Sequence record: CP089609.1
From: a plasmid
Length of the DNA stretch: 64,000 nt
Strand: one strand, 5' to 3'
The notes under the pieces were generated by a model, which was not told the DNA's origin, made no database searches, and worked only from the letters and a program-made list of their open reading frames with translations. Below are positions 18,696 through 28,546 of this stretch, in pieces. The position numbers were made by a program, and so were the translations under genes. Position 1 is the first letter of the stretch. Every line of letters starts with the position of its first letter.

Positions 18696-18896
18696 TCATG
18701 GGAGAACGCCGCCGTTGAGGATGCGCACCTGGTCCTCGTGTTCGCGCTCGGTCAGTTCGTTGGCCATGTTGTCCCACAGTTCGGTGGAGTCGTCGATTTG
18801 CGTCATAGCCGTTTCGATGCGCTCGGATGGCCAGCGTCGCCAGCCGCGGGTGTCGAGGTTGTTCGCGTTGTCGCTGTCTGATTCTGGGTGGCCCAT
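18696..18896 (-). CDS. hypothetical small protein
   Basis: Internal ATG. Downstream of the 18917 gene. Confidence 0.25.
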   Translation of the reverse strand: MGHPESDSDNANNLDTRGWRRWPSERIETAMTQIDDSTELWDNMANELTEREHEDQVRILNGGVLP

Positions 18897-18916
18897 TGTT
18901 GTTGCCTGCCTTGCGT

Positions 18917-19204
18917 TTATCGGCTTGGTTGGGGAGGTTGTTCGGAGTGCATCTTTTCGGCTATTGCCTGTCCGGCGTTGGTGTACTCGGCGAGCTCGTT
19001 GCGGGCCCGGGCAGCCAGGTCGGGAAAGCCGCACGCCTCGAACCAGTCGCCGAATGTTTTCGCGGGGAAGGCGAGTGCGCCGATTTCGTCGAGTATCGGG
19101 CCAGTGCCGGCGGCGCGGAGGCGTTCAATGTCAGCGTCGTCGAGTTCGAGGTGGGTCGGCTTGCCGTCTGAGCCTTCGTACCACTTACCTGACATTGGTT
19201 TCAT
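18917..19204 (-). CDS. hypothetical protein
   Basis: ATG 19204 preceded by AGGAGC. First gene of a leftward operon divergent from operator copy 2. Confidence 0.4.
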   Translation of the reverse strand: MKPMSGKWYEGSDGKPTHLELDDADIERLRAAGTGPILDEIGALAFPAKTFGDWFEACGFPDLAARARNELAEYTNAGQAIAEKMHSEQPPQPSR

Positions 19205-19328
19205 GCTCCTGTTACGGCCTGTGCGCACCTGTTTTTCCTGGCTAGCTGCTTGTCGTTACGGTACTGGCCCGCTGTGACGGTATCCAGGGGATTCGGTTGG
19301 GGTCCGGTGTAGGTCCACCCCATTGTTT

Positions 19329-19348
19329 ATACACCCGTTCAGGTGTAT
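19329..19348. promoter_or_regulatory. Operator palindrome copy 2 (ATACACC-CGTTCA-GGTGTAT) overlapping a -10-like TATTGT
   Basis: Perfect 7-6-7 inverted repeat in a divergent intergenic region. Confidence 0.6.
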
Positions 19349-19359
19349 TGTCTTGGTCC

Positions 19360-19710
19360 GTGGCCACGCCAACGGACTCCCGCCAGCGCGCGAAAGTCAT
19401 CTTGCAGTGCAACCCCGGTAGCAGCGGAACACAGATCCACATGGTGCGCAACGGCGGCGGGCAAGTCAGGTTGGGGGCGGTAGCCACGTGCCTGACCGAC
19501 GAAGCCCGGGTCGAGCTCGCCCTCCTTCATGGTTTCAATACCCGCGCCGAGCGTCGCGGTGCGCGCCTGTTGTCGGTGAGCTTTGACAGTGGCCGACACG
19601 CCGGTGTGGAACCGACCTGGAGACTTGCCTTCGATTTGTCGGAGCATTTCGCGACACTGGCAAGGGCGGCCGCCAAGTACAGCGCGGTCGAGCTGGACGA
19701 AGGGGCGTGA
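19360..19710 (+). CDS. hypothetical protein
   Basis: GTG 19360 lies about 10 nt after the -10-like hexamer, so the transcript may be leaderless. An alternative start is ATG 19441. Confidence 0.35.
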   Translation: MATPTDSRQRAKVILQCNPGSSGTQIHMVRNGGGQVRLGAVATCLTDEARVELALLHGFNTRAERRGARLLSVSFDSGRHAGVEPTWRLAFDLSEHFATLARAAAKYSAVELDEGA

Positions 19711-19715
19711 CGACG

Positions 19716-19940
19716 ATGGCATCCGAGGACGTGCCGGGCGCGGTGCAGCAGCCGCGGTGGTGGGTGCGGATGAAGTTGGCGCTGCGCATCGCCCTGGTCG
19801 TGGTTGGGATCCCCGCGGTGTGGGTTGCGCGGTCGACCGGTGTCGTCGACATGTCGGTGTGGAAGGCGGTGGTGGCCTCCGTGTTGTTGCTGCTGATCGC
19901 GGTCGGTGCGTCGTTGCTGGCGCTGGTGCTGTCGACGTAG
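19716..19940 (+). CDS. hypothetical small membrane protein
   Basis: Two predicted transmembrane helices. Confidence 0.4.
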   Translation: MASEDVPGAVQQPRWWVRMKLALRIALVVVGIPAVWVARSTGVVDMSVWKAVVASVLLLLIAVGASLLALVLST

Positions 19941-20459
19941 ATGGTGGATCCGATGGACACAGTTGCTGGCGGGATGGTGATGCGGCCTCGGCGCCGAGCT
20001 GTGGGCTGGGCGTTCGTCGGCGCTTCGGCAGCGCTGGTGTTGTTGGCCTTGAGCCGCGTCCACCAGCAGTTTTACGGTTCGCACCTGGCTGCTGCGTTGG
20101 GCGCTGGTGTCGTCATGGTGGGCTCGCTGGCGATGGGGTCCACTGCCTTTGGTGCCGCTGAGCGGGGTCGCCCCGGTTCGGCGCGGCCGGTGTGGCTCGG
20201 CGAACAGGGTTGGCCGCTGCCTGGCGGTCCGTATCGGGTCACTGACCTGGCCCAGTTTCTGGCCATCCTCGTCGGTGTCGTGGTGCTGATCGTGGCCCCG
20301 GCGGACGTAGGACCGTTGGTGGTGGTGCTCAGCATCTTGACGGTGTGGCTGGTGGTTTTCGGGCTGCGTGTGTGGCGCGATGATCCGGTCAGCCGTGCCG
20401 TTGCGGGAATGTATCTCGGGATTGGACTGATCGGCGTTGTGCCGCTGGCCTTTTCATGA
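19941..20459 (+). CDS. hypothetical integral membrane protein
   Basis: 172 aa, about four hydrophobic helices. Confidence 0.45.
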   Translation: MVDPMDTVAGGMVMRPRRRAVGWAFVGASAALVLLALSRVHQQFYGSHLAAALGAGVVMVGSLAMGSTAFGAAERGRPGSARPVWLGEQGWPLPGGPYRVTDLAQFLAILVGVVVLIVAPADVGPLVVVLSILTVWLVVFGLRVWRDDPVSRAVAGMYLGIGLIGVVPLAFS

Positions 20460-20482
20460 CCGAATCGAACAAGGAGACGCTA

Positions 20483-20689
20483 ATGGACGCATCCACGGCA
20501 GTCATGCATCCCGACCGTGATGACAGTGGGCTGGTGGTGGCCGGTGGTGCACCGGCCTGGACGCCGAACGAACTGGCGGTCGATCCGCCAGATGCCGGCA
20601 TGGTGAAGGTTCGTTGGTCAGACAGCGCTGACCGCACGGCTCTGTATTGGGAGTACGTCGCAGAACTGCGCCCTATGGCGGGCCGCTGA
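20483..20689 (+). CDS. hypothetical small protein
   Basis: AAGGAGACGCTAATG Shine-Dalgarno. Confidence 0.4.
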   Translation: MDASTAVMHPDRDDSGLVVAGGAPAWTPNELAVDPPDAGMVKVRWSDSADRTALYWEYVAELRPMAGR

Positions 20690-20726
20690 CACGCTATCCA
20701 ATTTTTCGGGAGGGGAGCACCAAATC

Positions 20727-21023
20727 ATGATTCCTGTCGTCAAGGCAGAACCGTTGTCGATGGAAGGTCGTGCGCTCGCCGGGAGGCATCCACTGGGGAT
20801 CGCCGGTCATGTGCTGCACGCTGTCGGTCTGGCGCTGATGGTCGGTGCCACGTTCGTGGTGATCGCGGCCGTCGCGGCCTCGACCACGATGGTGGTCAGC
20901 CCACTGCTGGTTGTCGGCTCTGCCGGCACCAGCCTGGCGGGTCTGGCGCTGATCCATCAGGGCAGCAGTCTCATTGGCCATGCGGCCAGCGGGGCCCGCA
21001 GCCCGACGCGGCCGAACCTGTGA
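20727..21023 (+). CDS. hypothetical membrane protein
   Basis: GGGAGGGGAG Shine-Dalgarno. Two transmembrane helices. Confidence 0.45.
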   Translation: MIPVVKAEPLSMEGRALAGRHPLGIAGHVLHAVGLALMVGATFVVIAAVAASTTMVVSPLLVVGSAGTSLAGLALIHQGSSLIGHAASGARSPTRPNL

Positions 21024-21057
21024 ACTGATGTGGGTCTGCGCGGCAGTGAAGAAGAAG

Positions 21058-21294
21058 ATGAACGTGGATGAGGTAGTCGCCGAGCAGCTCGGGTGCGACG
21101 ACCGCCGCGCCGGCCGTCCTGCTCTGCCGTTTGCTAATGAGGCGATCGTGGCCGAATGCGAGGGCGCCGCGGTCGGTACCAAGACTCACCTGCTGCACGC
21201 CTATTCGCGGGGCTGGCACAACGAGAACCATCGGATCGCCGAACAGGCACTGATCGATCAAGGTTTCTACGATGCGGTTGAAGGGGATTCATGA
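21058..21294 (+). CDS. hypothetical small protein
   Basis: ATG after a GAAGAAGAAG tract. An alternative start is 21028. Confidence 0.3.
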   Translation: MNVDEVVAEQLGCDDRRAGRPALPFANEAIVAECEGAAVGTKTHLLHAYSRGWHNENHRIAEQALIDQGFYDAVEGDS

Positions 21295-21761
21295 GCACGT
21301 ACACCTTCGGTGTCGGATGTCGGGGTACCAACTTGGAAGGCGTTGCACCTGGGGTGATCCTGGCTGATGTCATCGTGGCCGCGGTTCGTCATATCTACCC
21401 CGGTCTGCGCGCGAAGACCGAGCGATGGTTGCGGGGCGAGGTGGCGAAGTTCCTCGTCCAGGACGCCTTCGAGCGCACGTTCCCGGTATACGCATCCAAA
21501 GGCGACAAAGTGGTCGCGGGGGTCAATCTGGTGCGCATCGGTCACGAGCGGCAGCCCTACACCGAGACACAGCCAGCAGAGTCAGCCGAACCCGGCGACG
21601 GGTGGGAACCTGGCCGGTGGTGGCGGGTCGTCACCCCAGACGGTCAGCTGTGGTGCGAAACGTCCGACGAGGACGATGCCCGCGCTCGGGTGCGGCCTGG
21701 TGACACGCTCGAACGATTGTGGCGGTGCGTGGAGGAAGAATGGCGTCAGGAACAGCCGTGA
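21291..21761 (+). CDS. hypothetical protein
   Basis: ATGA overlap with the upstream gene. 156 aa. Confidence 0.4.
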   Translation: MSTYTFGVGCRGTNLEGVAPGVILADVIVAAVRHIYPGLRAKTERWLRGEVAKFLVQDAFERTFPVYASKGDKVVAGVNLVRIGHERQPYTETQPAESAEPGDGWEPGRWWRVVTPDGQLWCETSDEDDARARVRPGDTLERLWRCVEEEWRQEQP

Positions 21762-22510
21762 TACCGAGGTCCTGGATCTGTGAGCTCCTCCCCCACGGTG
21801 CTGATCGGTGTGATTCGGCGCGCGACATTGTTCGCGACGTCGATGCCCTGAACTTGAGCCCATCCGGTGTGGTTGTGTCGCTGTTGTTGGGTGTGAGCAT
21901 GATAGGTCTTGTGGTGTGGGTCCCGGTCGCGGTCGGTTCGGCGGCCGGCCGGTGGGCTACAGCCCGACATGCGGGACCGATGGACGCGATTCTGATCAGC
22001 TCGGCGGCAGGTTTTTTCGTTGGTCTACCACTGGTCACCGCCGTGCTCACCGCCGCGCTGAGCATCCCTGGCGGGGTCGGGCCAGTGGTTGTTGTCGTCG
22101 CCGCACTTGCGTCTGCGGTGCTGCATGTCCGGCGGTCCCGCCAGCCAGACATGGCTGCACACAGTGTCAGCTCGGGCGGCGGTGATGTGAAAGTAGCCGA
22201 CACTCTGGATAGCGGTGAGAGTGGTTGGCGTGAAGGAGATTACGGTATGGCTACTCCCCCACCGTTGAGTCCGCCGCGGCTCGGTGACCCCATCAACAAG
22301 GAATTGGCGTATGTCAAGCGCGCCAGCGCGCAGACCCAGGCCGCGCTGTGGAACTCGGTACTGGCCGACGATCCAATCTTCGGTCCCAGCTGCGGTCTGG
22401 TCGTGGGGGTCTCTCCCATCAGAGACGACGATCGCCGCTACGAACTCGTATGGGTCCAGCCCTCGCCTGAAGACGGTGGGCCAGGTGACCGGGTAGGCGG
22501 CGGTGACTGA
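21740..22510 (+). CDS. hypothetical membrane protein
   Basis: GGAGGAAGA Shine-Dalgarno. Several transmembrane helices. Confidence 0.4.
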   Translation: MASGTAVIPRSWICELLPHGADRCDSARDIVRDVDALNLSPSGVVVSLLLGVSMIGLVVWVPVAVGSAAGRWATARHAGPMDAILISSAAGFFVGLPLVTAVLTAALSIPGGVGPVVVVVAALASAVLHVRRSRQPDMAAHSVSSGGGDVKVADTLDSGESGWREGDYGMATPPPLSPPRLGDPINKELAYVKRASAQTQAALWNSVLADDPIFGPSCGLVVGVSPIRDDDRRYELVWVQPSPEDGGPGDRVGGGD

Positions 22511-23933
22511 GTACCGTCTGGACGGGCCACCGGTGGTGACAGCGGCCCTGCCCGATGCCCGATTCGCTGCGCTTGGTGTGCTGTTGGAGCGGGAACCGGG
22601 GTTGTCGCCACGGGTACGTCGTGCCGTGCACCACGAGTATCAGTTGACCCGCGACTCCTGGTCTGAACTGCGGGAATGGGAACCGTCAGCGGTCGGTCCG
22701 GTGCAAGCGATTTTGCTCGATCCCTGCCTGCCCGACCTGGACGGCGCTGAGCGTGTCCAGCGACTGCAGTTGATTCTCGCCGCGACGAAGTCGCCGTCGA
22801 TGATCCAGACCGTGGCGCCAGTGGCGGGCCCGATGCTCGGAGTCGTAGGCATACTCACGTTGAGCCAAACGGGGCTGCTCCCGATAGGGCTGGCGCTGTT
22901 TCTGTCGGCGCTTCTGAGCCTCATCTTGTTTGCCCCTTGGCGCGGCACGTATCTCAAGGGCCGGCACCTTGTCGTTCCGCTGCGTTACCCGACGATGACG
23001 CCCGCTGAGGCCTTAGAAGTAGCTGCCCACGCGGGGGCGGTTCGCGATGCACTCACCAAGAGCGGGCTGGATACGGTGGCGCCGCCGGCGGAGGACTCGG
23101 CAGCCCGTGAACGGCCGGCGCCTCGCCACAATGAGGTCGCGACCCGCAACCGGCAGATTATGCGCCCGTTCACTGCGACGGCCTCAGGGCGCGGTGTGTC
23201 CCCCGCTGCTGTGGATGATCAGCCTGTTGCCGCCAGGACGGCGGGTTCGCAGCGGCGAGTAACGGTCGCCGAGATCGTTGCGGCCCGCGATGACCTCCAG
23301 GCGGAATGGGCGGCCTATCAGCTCGATACTGAAGCCTGGTACCTCACCAAACCGCTGCTGCATGACACCACCGGCACCGTGGCGACCACGGTCGCCTACG
23401 AGACGGCGATGCAGGATCTGGTGGCCGCTGTCGATGATCTTCCGGCCGGTGCGCCGCAAGAGCGCATCGATGCCGCGGCGCGCCTCGCTGATGCTGCGTG
23501 GCAGGCCTGGCATGCGGCCGAGGAGTACGCCGCAAGTGTTGGGCTCGGTGATCGCACCCCGACTGAGCGGGCCGCGCTGAAGCGGCTGGGCAAACTCGTC
23601 GATCGATTGGCGCGCAGTTCTGCGGCGGATCCGGAGCTGGCGATGGTCAAGGCGCAGATCCAGTCGTGTTTGGACAAGATCACGACGGTTTCGGTGGGCT
23701 GGGGTGACATCGCGGCGTTGCCGGCGATCGAGGCCTCGGGATTCTGCGGCAGCTGCCCGCTCACTGATTCATTGGTTGTCTATGTTACGAAATGCATTGT
23801 GCGCTGGGCGATCTGGTGCTGTTTCTGCGCTATATGGTGGATTCGCGGGTGCAGTGGTTTGCGCCTGATCCATCGAGCGGGAGGATCTCATCATCATGAC
23901 CGACAAGGACCACGCACACGTTGGGCCGAATGA
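22503..23933 (+). CDS. hypothetical protein (3' end uncertain)
   Basis: GTG start overlaps the upstream stop. The first roughly 400 aa are protein-like. The last roughly 60 codons are Cys/Trp-rich and may be read-through. Confidence 0.35.
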   Translation: MTEYRLDGPPVVTAALPDARFAALGVLLEREPGLSPRVRRAVHHEYQLTRDSWSELREWEPSAVGPVQAILLDPCLPDLDGAERVQRLQLILAATKSPSMIQTVAPVAGPMLGVVGILTLSQTGLLPIGLALFLSALLSLILFAPWRGTYLKGRHLVVPLRYPTMTPAEALEVAAHAGAVRDALTKSGLDTVAPPAEDSAARERPAPRHNEVATRNRQIMRPFTATASGRGVSPAAVDDQPVAARTAGSQRRVTVAEIVAARDDLQAEWAAYQLDTEAWYLTKPLLHDTTGTVATTVAYETAMQDLVAAVDDLPAGAPQERIDAAARLADAAWQAWHAAEEYAASVGLGDRTPTERAALKRLGKLVDRLARSSAADPELAMVKAQIQSCLDKITTVSVGWGDIAALPAIEASGFCGSCPLTDSLVVYVTKCIVRWAIWCCFCAIWWIRGCSGLRLIHRAGGSHHHDRQGPRTRWAE

Positions 23934-24180
23934 GCCGCTGCGGCAATGGTGTGCCCAGACGCTACGAGTGGCGCTGGCTAAGGAGGGCATTTCCCGGCTC
24001 AAGCTTCATCAACGTTTGGTAGAGCGATTTGGCGATCGAGCACCGTCGCAAACGACGGTTTATCGGCTGATGTCGGGCGAGGCGCTGCCCCGTACTGACC
24101 ATCTGATCATGATCGCCGAGGTGTTGGATATTTCACCGCGGTGCCTGGTGCCGGACGATCATCAGCTGCTCACCGGATAG
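23896..24180 (+). CDS. XRE-family HTH transcriptional regulator
   Basis: GGGAGGA Shine-Dalgarno. TVYRLMSGEALPRTDHLIMIAEVLDISPRCL is HTH-like. Confidence 0.5.
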   Translation: MTDKDHAHVGPNEPLRQWCAQTLRVALAKEGISRLKLHQRLVERFGDRAPSQTTVYRLMSGEALPRTDHLIMIAEVLDISPRCLVPDDHQLLTG

Positions 24181-24375
24181 CTCTGGGCCCGGTCGGCGAG
24201 TTTGGCGCCATTGGGGTGTAGCATTGTCCACGCAGACCCCCTCCACTCCCGTGGAATCAGGGGTCTCGCTGTTTCTCTGGGCCTGGGCGCGTTTCCCGAT
24301 CCGACCCCTTCTCGCGTTTTCCTGAAAGCCGGCGTTGCTAGGCCTTGTCGGTCGCCACGAGGTGGTGTGCGGTTT

Positions 24376-24549
24376 CTATGTCTGGCCCAGTGGTGGCTTT
24401 CCGAGCTTCTGTGTCTCGACGTTGTCGACGGGTCGTCCGCAGGCTGCGCAGTACCACCCGCCCTGGGCGCTCTCCTGGAGCTGCCAGCCCTCATGTTCGT
24501 GGGTCTCGATTTCGCATCGCACCCGGTCAACGGATTCCTGTGTGACCAT
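24376..24549 (-). CDS. hypothetical 57-aa zinc-ribbon-like peptide
   Basis: ATG with AAAAGGA Shine-Dalgarno. C...CAAC motif. Below the 60-aa cutoff of the ORF track. Confidence 0.3.
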   Translation of the reverse strand: MVTQESVDRVRCEIETHEHEGWQLQESAQGGWYCAACGRPVDNVETQKLGKPPLGQT

Positions 24550-24791
24550 GAGTGGATCCTTTTCTGCCAGCTAGCTAGTCGTCAGATCCGGAGAATCGGC
24601 ACAAGGCGTCTACGACGACCGACACGGCGTCTCGCTCATGGGGAGTGAAGTCGTACTTGGTCGTGGCGTCGCCCAACCTGTCTGCGGTTACGTCGGCGGG
24701 GTGCCGCCGGCTCGGGTGTTTGCTTTTGAAGTCCCCGATTGCGGTGTCGATGATCGAGTTGATTGCTGCTTGTTTGTTTCATCGTCAGTCC

Positions 24792-25265
24792 TTACCGGTT
24801 GGGGTCACCGACTGTGTGCGGGTTCGAACTGGTGACGCCCGTCGGCATTAGCAGCCAGTCCCGGGCCTTGAACCACCCGATCGCCAGCGCGACCGCGCCT
24901 AGGGAGCTCTCCACTTGGTCAGAGCCACGTTCTGTGTCAGGGCTCGCCCAATTGTCTCGGTGCAGATAGAGCAACGGGCAACCAGCGATCGGATCCACCA
25001 CGAACTTGATCCCAATCCGGGCAGCATCCTGCCTGACGGCCTGGGCCGCCGCGACCGCACCTTCTCGGCCATCGCCGTCGGACACGAAGTAGCGGGTCCG
25101 CAACTCGCCCTCTGTCGACACCTGCCCCGCATTGAGGGCGAAGTCAGGGCTGCCGAACCCGTCGTCGTGGAACTTCACCTCAGCGGCCCATCCGTCGAGG
25201 CCGTTGGCAACGCCGATTCCGTATCGGAGGGTGATACCGGTGGAGCGGTAGCTGTGACCGATCAT
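24792..25265 (-). CDS. hypothetical protein
   Basis: AAGGAGA Shine-Dalgarno. 157 aa. Confidence 0.45.
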   Translation of the reverse strand: MIGHSYRSTGITLRYGIGVANGLDGWAAEVKFHDDGFGSPDFALNAGQVSTEGELRTRYFVSDGDGREGAVAAAQAVRQDAARIGIKFVVDPIAGCPLLYLHRDNWASPDTERGSDQVESSLGAVALAIGWFKARDWLLMPTGVTSSNPHTVGDPNR

Positions 25266-25455
25266 TTGAGTCTCCTTGTGCTCGTCGGCTTGGACTGCTT
25301 TGTTGTACTGGTCGTGTCTGGAGCGTCGTACTCGTCAAGGCGCTGGGCAGGTTAATCATCGGTAGACCGTTCCTGTTGAGTGAGCGGGAGTGAGTTTGGG
25401 GCTCGCCTCCGGGTGCTCTGCCGCCCGAACGGTGTTGGCGGCGCTGGCGTGTGTT

Positions 25456-27045
25456 CTATCGGTCCGGTGGGCCTGCGGCGTCGTGCGCCCTCGGCGTTGC
25501 GGTGACACGCGAGCGAGAAGGCTTCGGTCGCCGTGTGGCTGGCCTGGTCGGCTGGCCGTCGCGCGTCCTCTGTCGCGTGACGGGTCCGACAGGCTTGCGC
25601 CGGGCGCGGTGGCCGAGGCTTCTCCTTCCGATCACAACCGCGGCGGCGCGGTGGCCGTCGATGGTCGGGTCGGAAGTCTGCAGTGCGGGTAGCCAGTGCT
25701 GGCGTCCCCATCGGGAGGTGTAGGCAGGGTCGACAGCGATCACCGACAGCCCAGCGGTGGCTGCCATTGCGGCGAGCCGATTGCGGAACGTGGCGGTCGG
25801 AATGCCCGCGACGGTGCGGCGGAACCGTTTGCCTCGCCGGCCCCGGCCCATAGTTTCGCGGCCAGTGTTGCGGGCCTCGTCGAATCCGAGGTTCTCGATG
25901 CTGATCGACGCGCAGCCATGCTGGGCGGCCAAGTGGAGGAGCCGGGTGATGACGTGGCGGACTTGGGCGTCGCGGCGGGCGGTGCAACCGGTGAGGGTGA
26001 AGTCGAGCCGTTGCGGAAGGCCTATGGGGTTGCCGTGTGGATCAACGACAGCGGCGTCGACGTGTCCGTCGTTGAGATCCACGCCCAGCGTGCACTGGGT
26101 GCGCAGCGTGGCCAGCGCGACGGTGGGGGCCTGGTCGTAGCCCCAGGATGCGTCGAGGTACCAGCGTCCCCGCGGGTCGCGGTGTAGGTCGTACCGTACG
26201 GCCCGGTCGGCGGTGATCCGGTCAGCCCACTCGCTACCACGGTGAGTGCTCAGCGATACCGGCGCGGTAATCGTCAGCCGGGTCCCATGCTCAGCCACCA
26301 AGGCTCCGGGCACCTTGAGCATGAGTACGCCCTCATCGGTGACACGGATGGTCTCGTTGCCAAAACGCTTGCCGGACTCCCCATCAGCGGTCAGGAACAT
26401 CCGCTCCTCAGTCCAGCGCTTCTCCCACTGAGCAAGAGTCATCGACGTCTCGCCAAGATTCTGACGGTTGCGCCACAACCGGCCACCACCAACAACGATG
26501 CGGGGCCGCCCCTGCTCCTGACGGGCCCAGGCTTGCGCCAGACGCGCTTCTAGGTGGGCCTTGCGGCGCGACTTGCCAAACCGCTCTGCCTCGGTCGCAT
26601 AGCCCCGAACCGGCTTGGTGCGGGGACGATTCGCCTCGCGCGACGTGTCACCCACAGGTACGGCTAGCCGGGCGCTCAAGGTCGAGACCGCGGCGGTCAA
26701 CGAGTCGACGTGAGCGTTCAGCCCGCGCATGCCCAAGTCGTAGGAGTCGATAGCGGTGCGGGTGATCGCTCCGGCCCACCGCGATGACGTGCTCGCGGTG
26801 AGGGCCTGCTTACGCACCTGCCGCCACACGCCCTGGTCTTTCTTCGTGGCTGCCCCCAGCGCGATCCGATCAACCAAAGTGGCCCGGTACTGCTCACCTA
26901 AGAACACGCCGATCTGTTCGAGCACCGCCTCTTCCCGCGGTGTGAGATGGACCCGGGTGCGGGTCCGCACACCTTTCGGGGGCGCGACAACGAACGGGTC
27001 GGCGATCGGCCGCAGCCCGGACGTGTTGCGTGCCAGAGCATTCAC
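25456..27045 (-). CDS. tnpB: IS607/IS605-family TnpB (OrfB, RuvC-like)
   Basis: 529 aa with ISIENLGF, DPAYTSRW and a C-terminal Arg-rich tail. Confidence 0.8.
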   Translation of the reverse strand: MNALARNTSGLRPIADPFVVAPPKGVRTRTRVHLTPREEAVLEQIGVFLGEQYRATLVDRIALGAATKKDQGVWRQVRKQALTASTSSRWAGAITRTAIDSYDLGMRGLNAHVDSLTAAVSTLSARLAVPVGDTSREANRPRTKPVRGYATEAERFGKSRRKAHLEARLAQAWARQEQGRPRIVVGGGRLWRNRQNLGETSMTLAQWEKRWTEERMFLTADGESGKRFGNETIRVTDEGVLMLKVPGALVAEHGTRLTITAPVSLSTHRGSEWADRITADRAVRYDLHRDPRGRWYLDASWGYDQAPTVALATLRTQCTLGVDLNDGHVDAAVVDPHGNPIGLPQRLDFTLTGCTARRDAQVRHVITRLLHLAAQHGCASISIENLGFDEARNTGRETMGRGRRGKRFRRTVAGIPTATFRNRLAAMAATAGLSVIAVDPAYTSRWGRQHWLPALQTSDPTIDGHRAAAVVIGRRSLGHRARRKPVGPVTRQRTRDGQPTRPATRRPKPSRSRVTATPRAHDAAGPPDR

Positions 27046-27632
27046 GCCGACGTGCCACCATCAGACCCGGCCGCACACTCCAACGCCCGCTTGGCTCGAT
27101 TCTTGGCTGAGCGGCGGCCGTACAGTCGGGCACAGAACGACGTCAGCACCTCGGTGATGTCGCGCACCAGATCGTCGTCGACTTCGCCGTCATCGAGCAC
27201 CACCAGACGACGACCGGACGCCGACAGCGCCGCCTCCACAAGTTCGGTATTCATCCGCCCGAGCCGGTCGCGGTGCTCCACGACCACGACCGTAACCTCG
27301 GGGTCCGACAACAGTCGGCGCGCCTTTGCCCGCGCACCGTTCATCCCCGAACCCACCTCGGCCTCACTGCGGACAACACGATGCCCCGCTTGCACAGCCC
27401 ACGCGTTGAGCCTGGCTGTCTGCCGTGCCAGATCGCTCTTCTGGTCGTGTGAGGAGACCCGGGCGTAGAGCCCAACGCCCTCGGTTGGCGTCGCCGCGAC
27501 GCCTTCAGGGTTCACCAGGATCAGCCGCGGCCCTACCCGTTGCGCAGGAACGGGCAACGTCCCCTCGCGGAACATCTTGTACGCCGTCTGCGGGTGAATC
27601 CCCTGCGCACGCGCCCAATCCTTCAAATTCAC
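27042..27632 (-). CDS. tnpA: IS607-family serine recombinase TnpA
   Basis: N-terminal MerR-like HTH (MNLKDWARAQGIHPQTAYKMFREG) and the resolvase motif YARVSSHDQ. GTG start. Confidence 0.8.
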   Translation of the reverse strand: MNLKDWARAQGIHPQTAYKMFREGTLPVPAQRVGPRLILVNPEGVAATPTEGVGLYARVSSHDQKSDLARQTARLNAWAVQAGHRVVRSEAEVGSGMNGARAKARRLLSDPEVTVVVVEHRDRLGRMNTELVEAALSASGRRLVVLDDGEVDDDLVRDITEVLTSFCARLYGRRSAKNRAKRALECAAGSDGGTSA

Positions 27633-27943
27633 CGCTGCAGCTCCCGCATCTTCTGCCAGGTGCCGAAGTCAACCCCTTCCCGGGCCTCGCGGCTACTCAG
27701 GTACTCGGCCGCGTCATCCAGCAGCCCCGATAGCGACTCCGGCGAGGTCCAGGAGGCGTAGCCGTCGCCGTAACGTTCACGCAGCGCATCCATCACTCCC
27801 GACGGGTTCGATACCTTCCCGCCGGTGCGTGGCCCCAAAAGCCTTGCCGCACAGGAATCGCAAACCAGGTAACACGGATATGGGCCAACGACCCTGACAA
27901 CGTTCCCCCGGCGCTGGACCGCGGGCGGCCGCGACGGCAGCAC
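27629..27943 (-). CDS. hypothetical protein translationally coupled (GTGA) to the IS607 tnpA start
   Basis: GTG with a GAGGAG Shine-Dalgarno 9 nt upstream. The C-terminal half is protein-like. Upstream of it lies a low-GC stretch (28037-28095). Confidence 0.3.
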   Translation of the reverse strand: MLPSRPPAVQRRGNVVRVVGPYPCYLVCDSCAARLLGPRTGGKVSNPSGVMDALRERYGDGYASWTSPESLSGLLDDAAEYLSSREAREGVDFGTWQKMRELQR

Positions 27944-28098
27944 CAGCGCGTACTCCTCATCAGAACCAGCAGGAACGCGAACCGCTGCAGAACCGAGCAA
28001 GGCTGAATGCGAGTCAGGCCCCTCATCACGCCAGAAGCATACTAAAATAGACCTATTCGTACTAGATCGAACTAGCAGAAGATCAGATGCGTACCCCC

Positions 28099-28290
28099 TT
28101 ATCGGCAGCTGTGGTAGTAGCTTCCGGAGTCTTCGTGCAGAAGCCGGATGCCCACGCCTCCGCGCGGCATGTAGATGCAGAAGTTTCCCGGGTCGGCAAG
28201 GCAATGAGGGCACTTCCGGTCTCGCGCCGGATGGCCCGGTGATCGACGCGCCACCAGCTCTTCCTGGGTGATTATGATGCGCTTGGCCAA
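28099..28290 (-). CDS. hypothetical small zinc-ribbon protein
   Basis: TTG start with AAGGGAAG Shine-Dalgarno. CPHC...C motif. Confidence 0.35.
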   Translation of the reverse strand: MAKRIIITQEELVARRSPGHPARDRKCPHCLADPGNFCIYMPRGGVGIRLLHEDSGSYYHSCR

Positions 28291-28546
28291 GACACTTCCC
28301 TTTGCTGGTTGCTGATAGCGGGCGAACGTGTAGCTCGTGGTCGCTCCTCACGTCAGCCCGATCGTTCACAGTGGTCGCAGTATCCGCAGCCTCCGCAGAC
28401 GCCGCCGACGTAGTACGTCGCGTCGTCACAGTCGGGGCATTTCTCTTCCTTGGCACGCGTCTTCTGTCGTCGCACGCGGGCGGCTGGACTACGCCGATGT
28501 GGTTGCAGCTCTTCGGTGTACGTCATCGCTTGCCCTTATTTCGTCT

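Larger units (their letters stand above)
25440..27650. mobile_element. IS607-family insertion sequence (serine-recombinase TnpA + TnpB)
   Basis: tnpA (MerR-like HTH + resolvase catalytic domain) overlaps tnpB by 4 nt. Exact ends are undefined because the family has no inverted repeats. Confidence 0.7.

Noticed and set aside
24800-24900. tRNA-like GGGTTCGAAC T-loop motif
   Set aside because: The flanking sequence cannot be folded into a T-stem, acceptor stem or cloverleaf. No other tRNA or rRNA signatures were found in the window.
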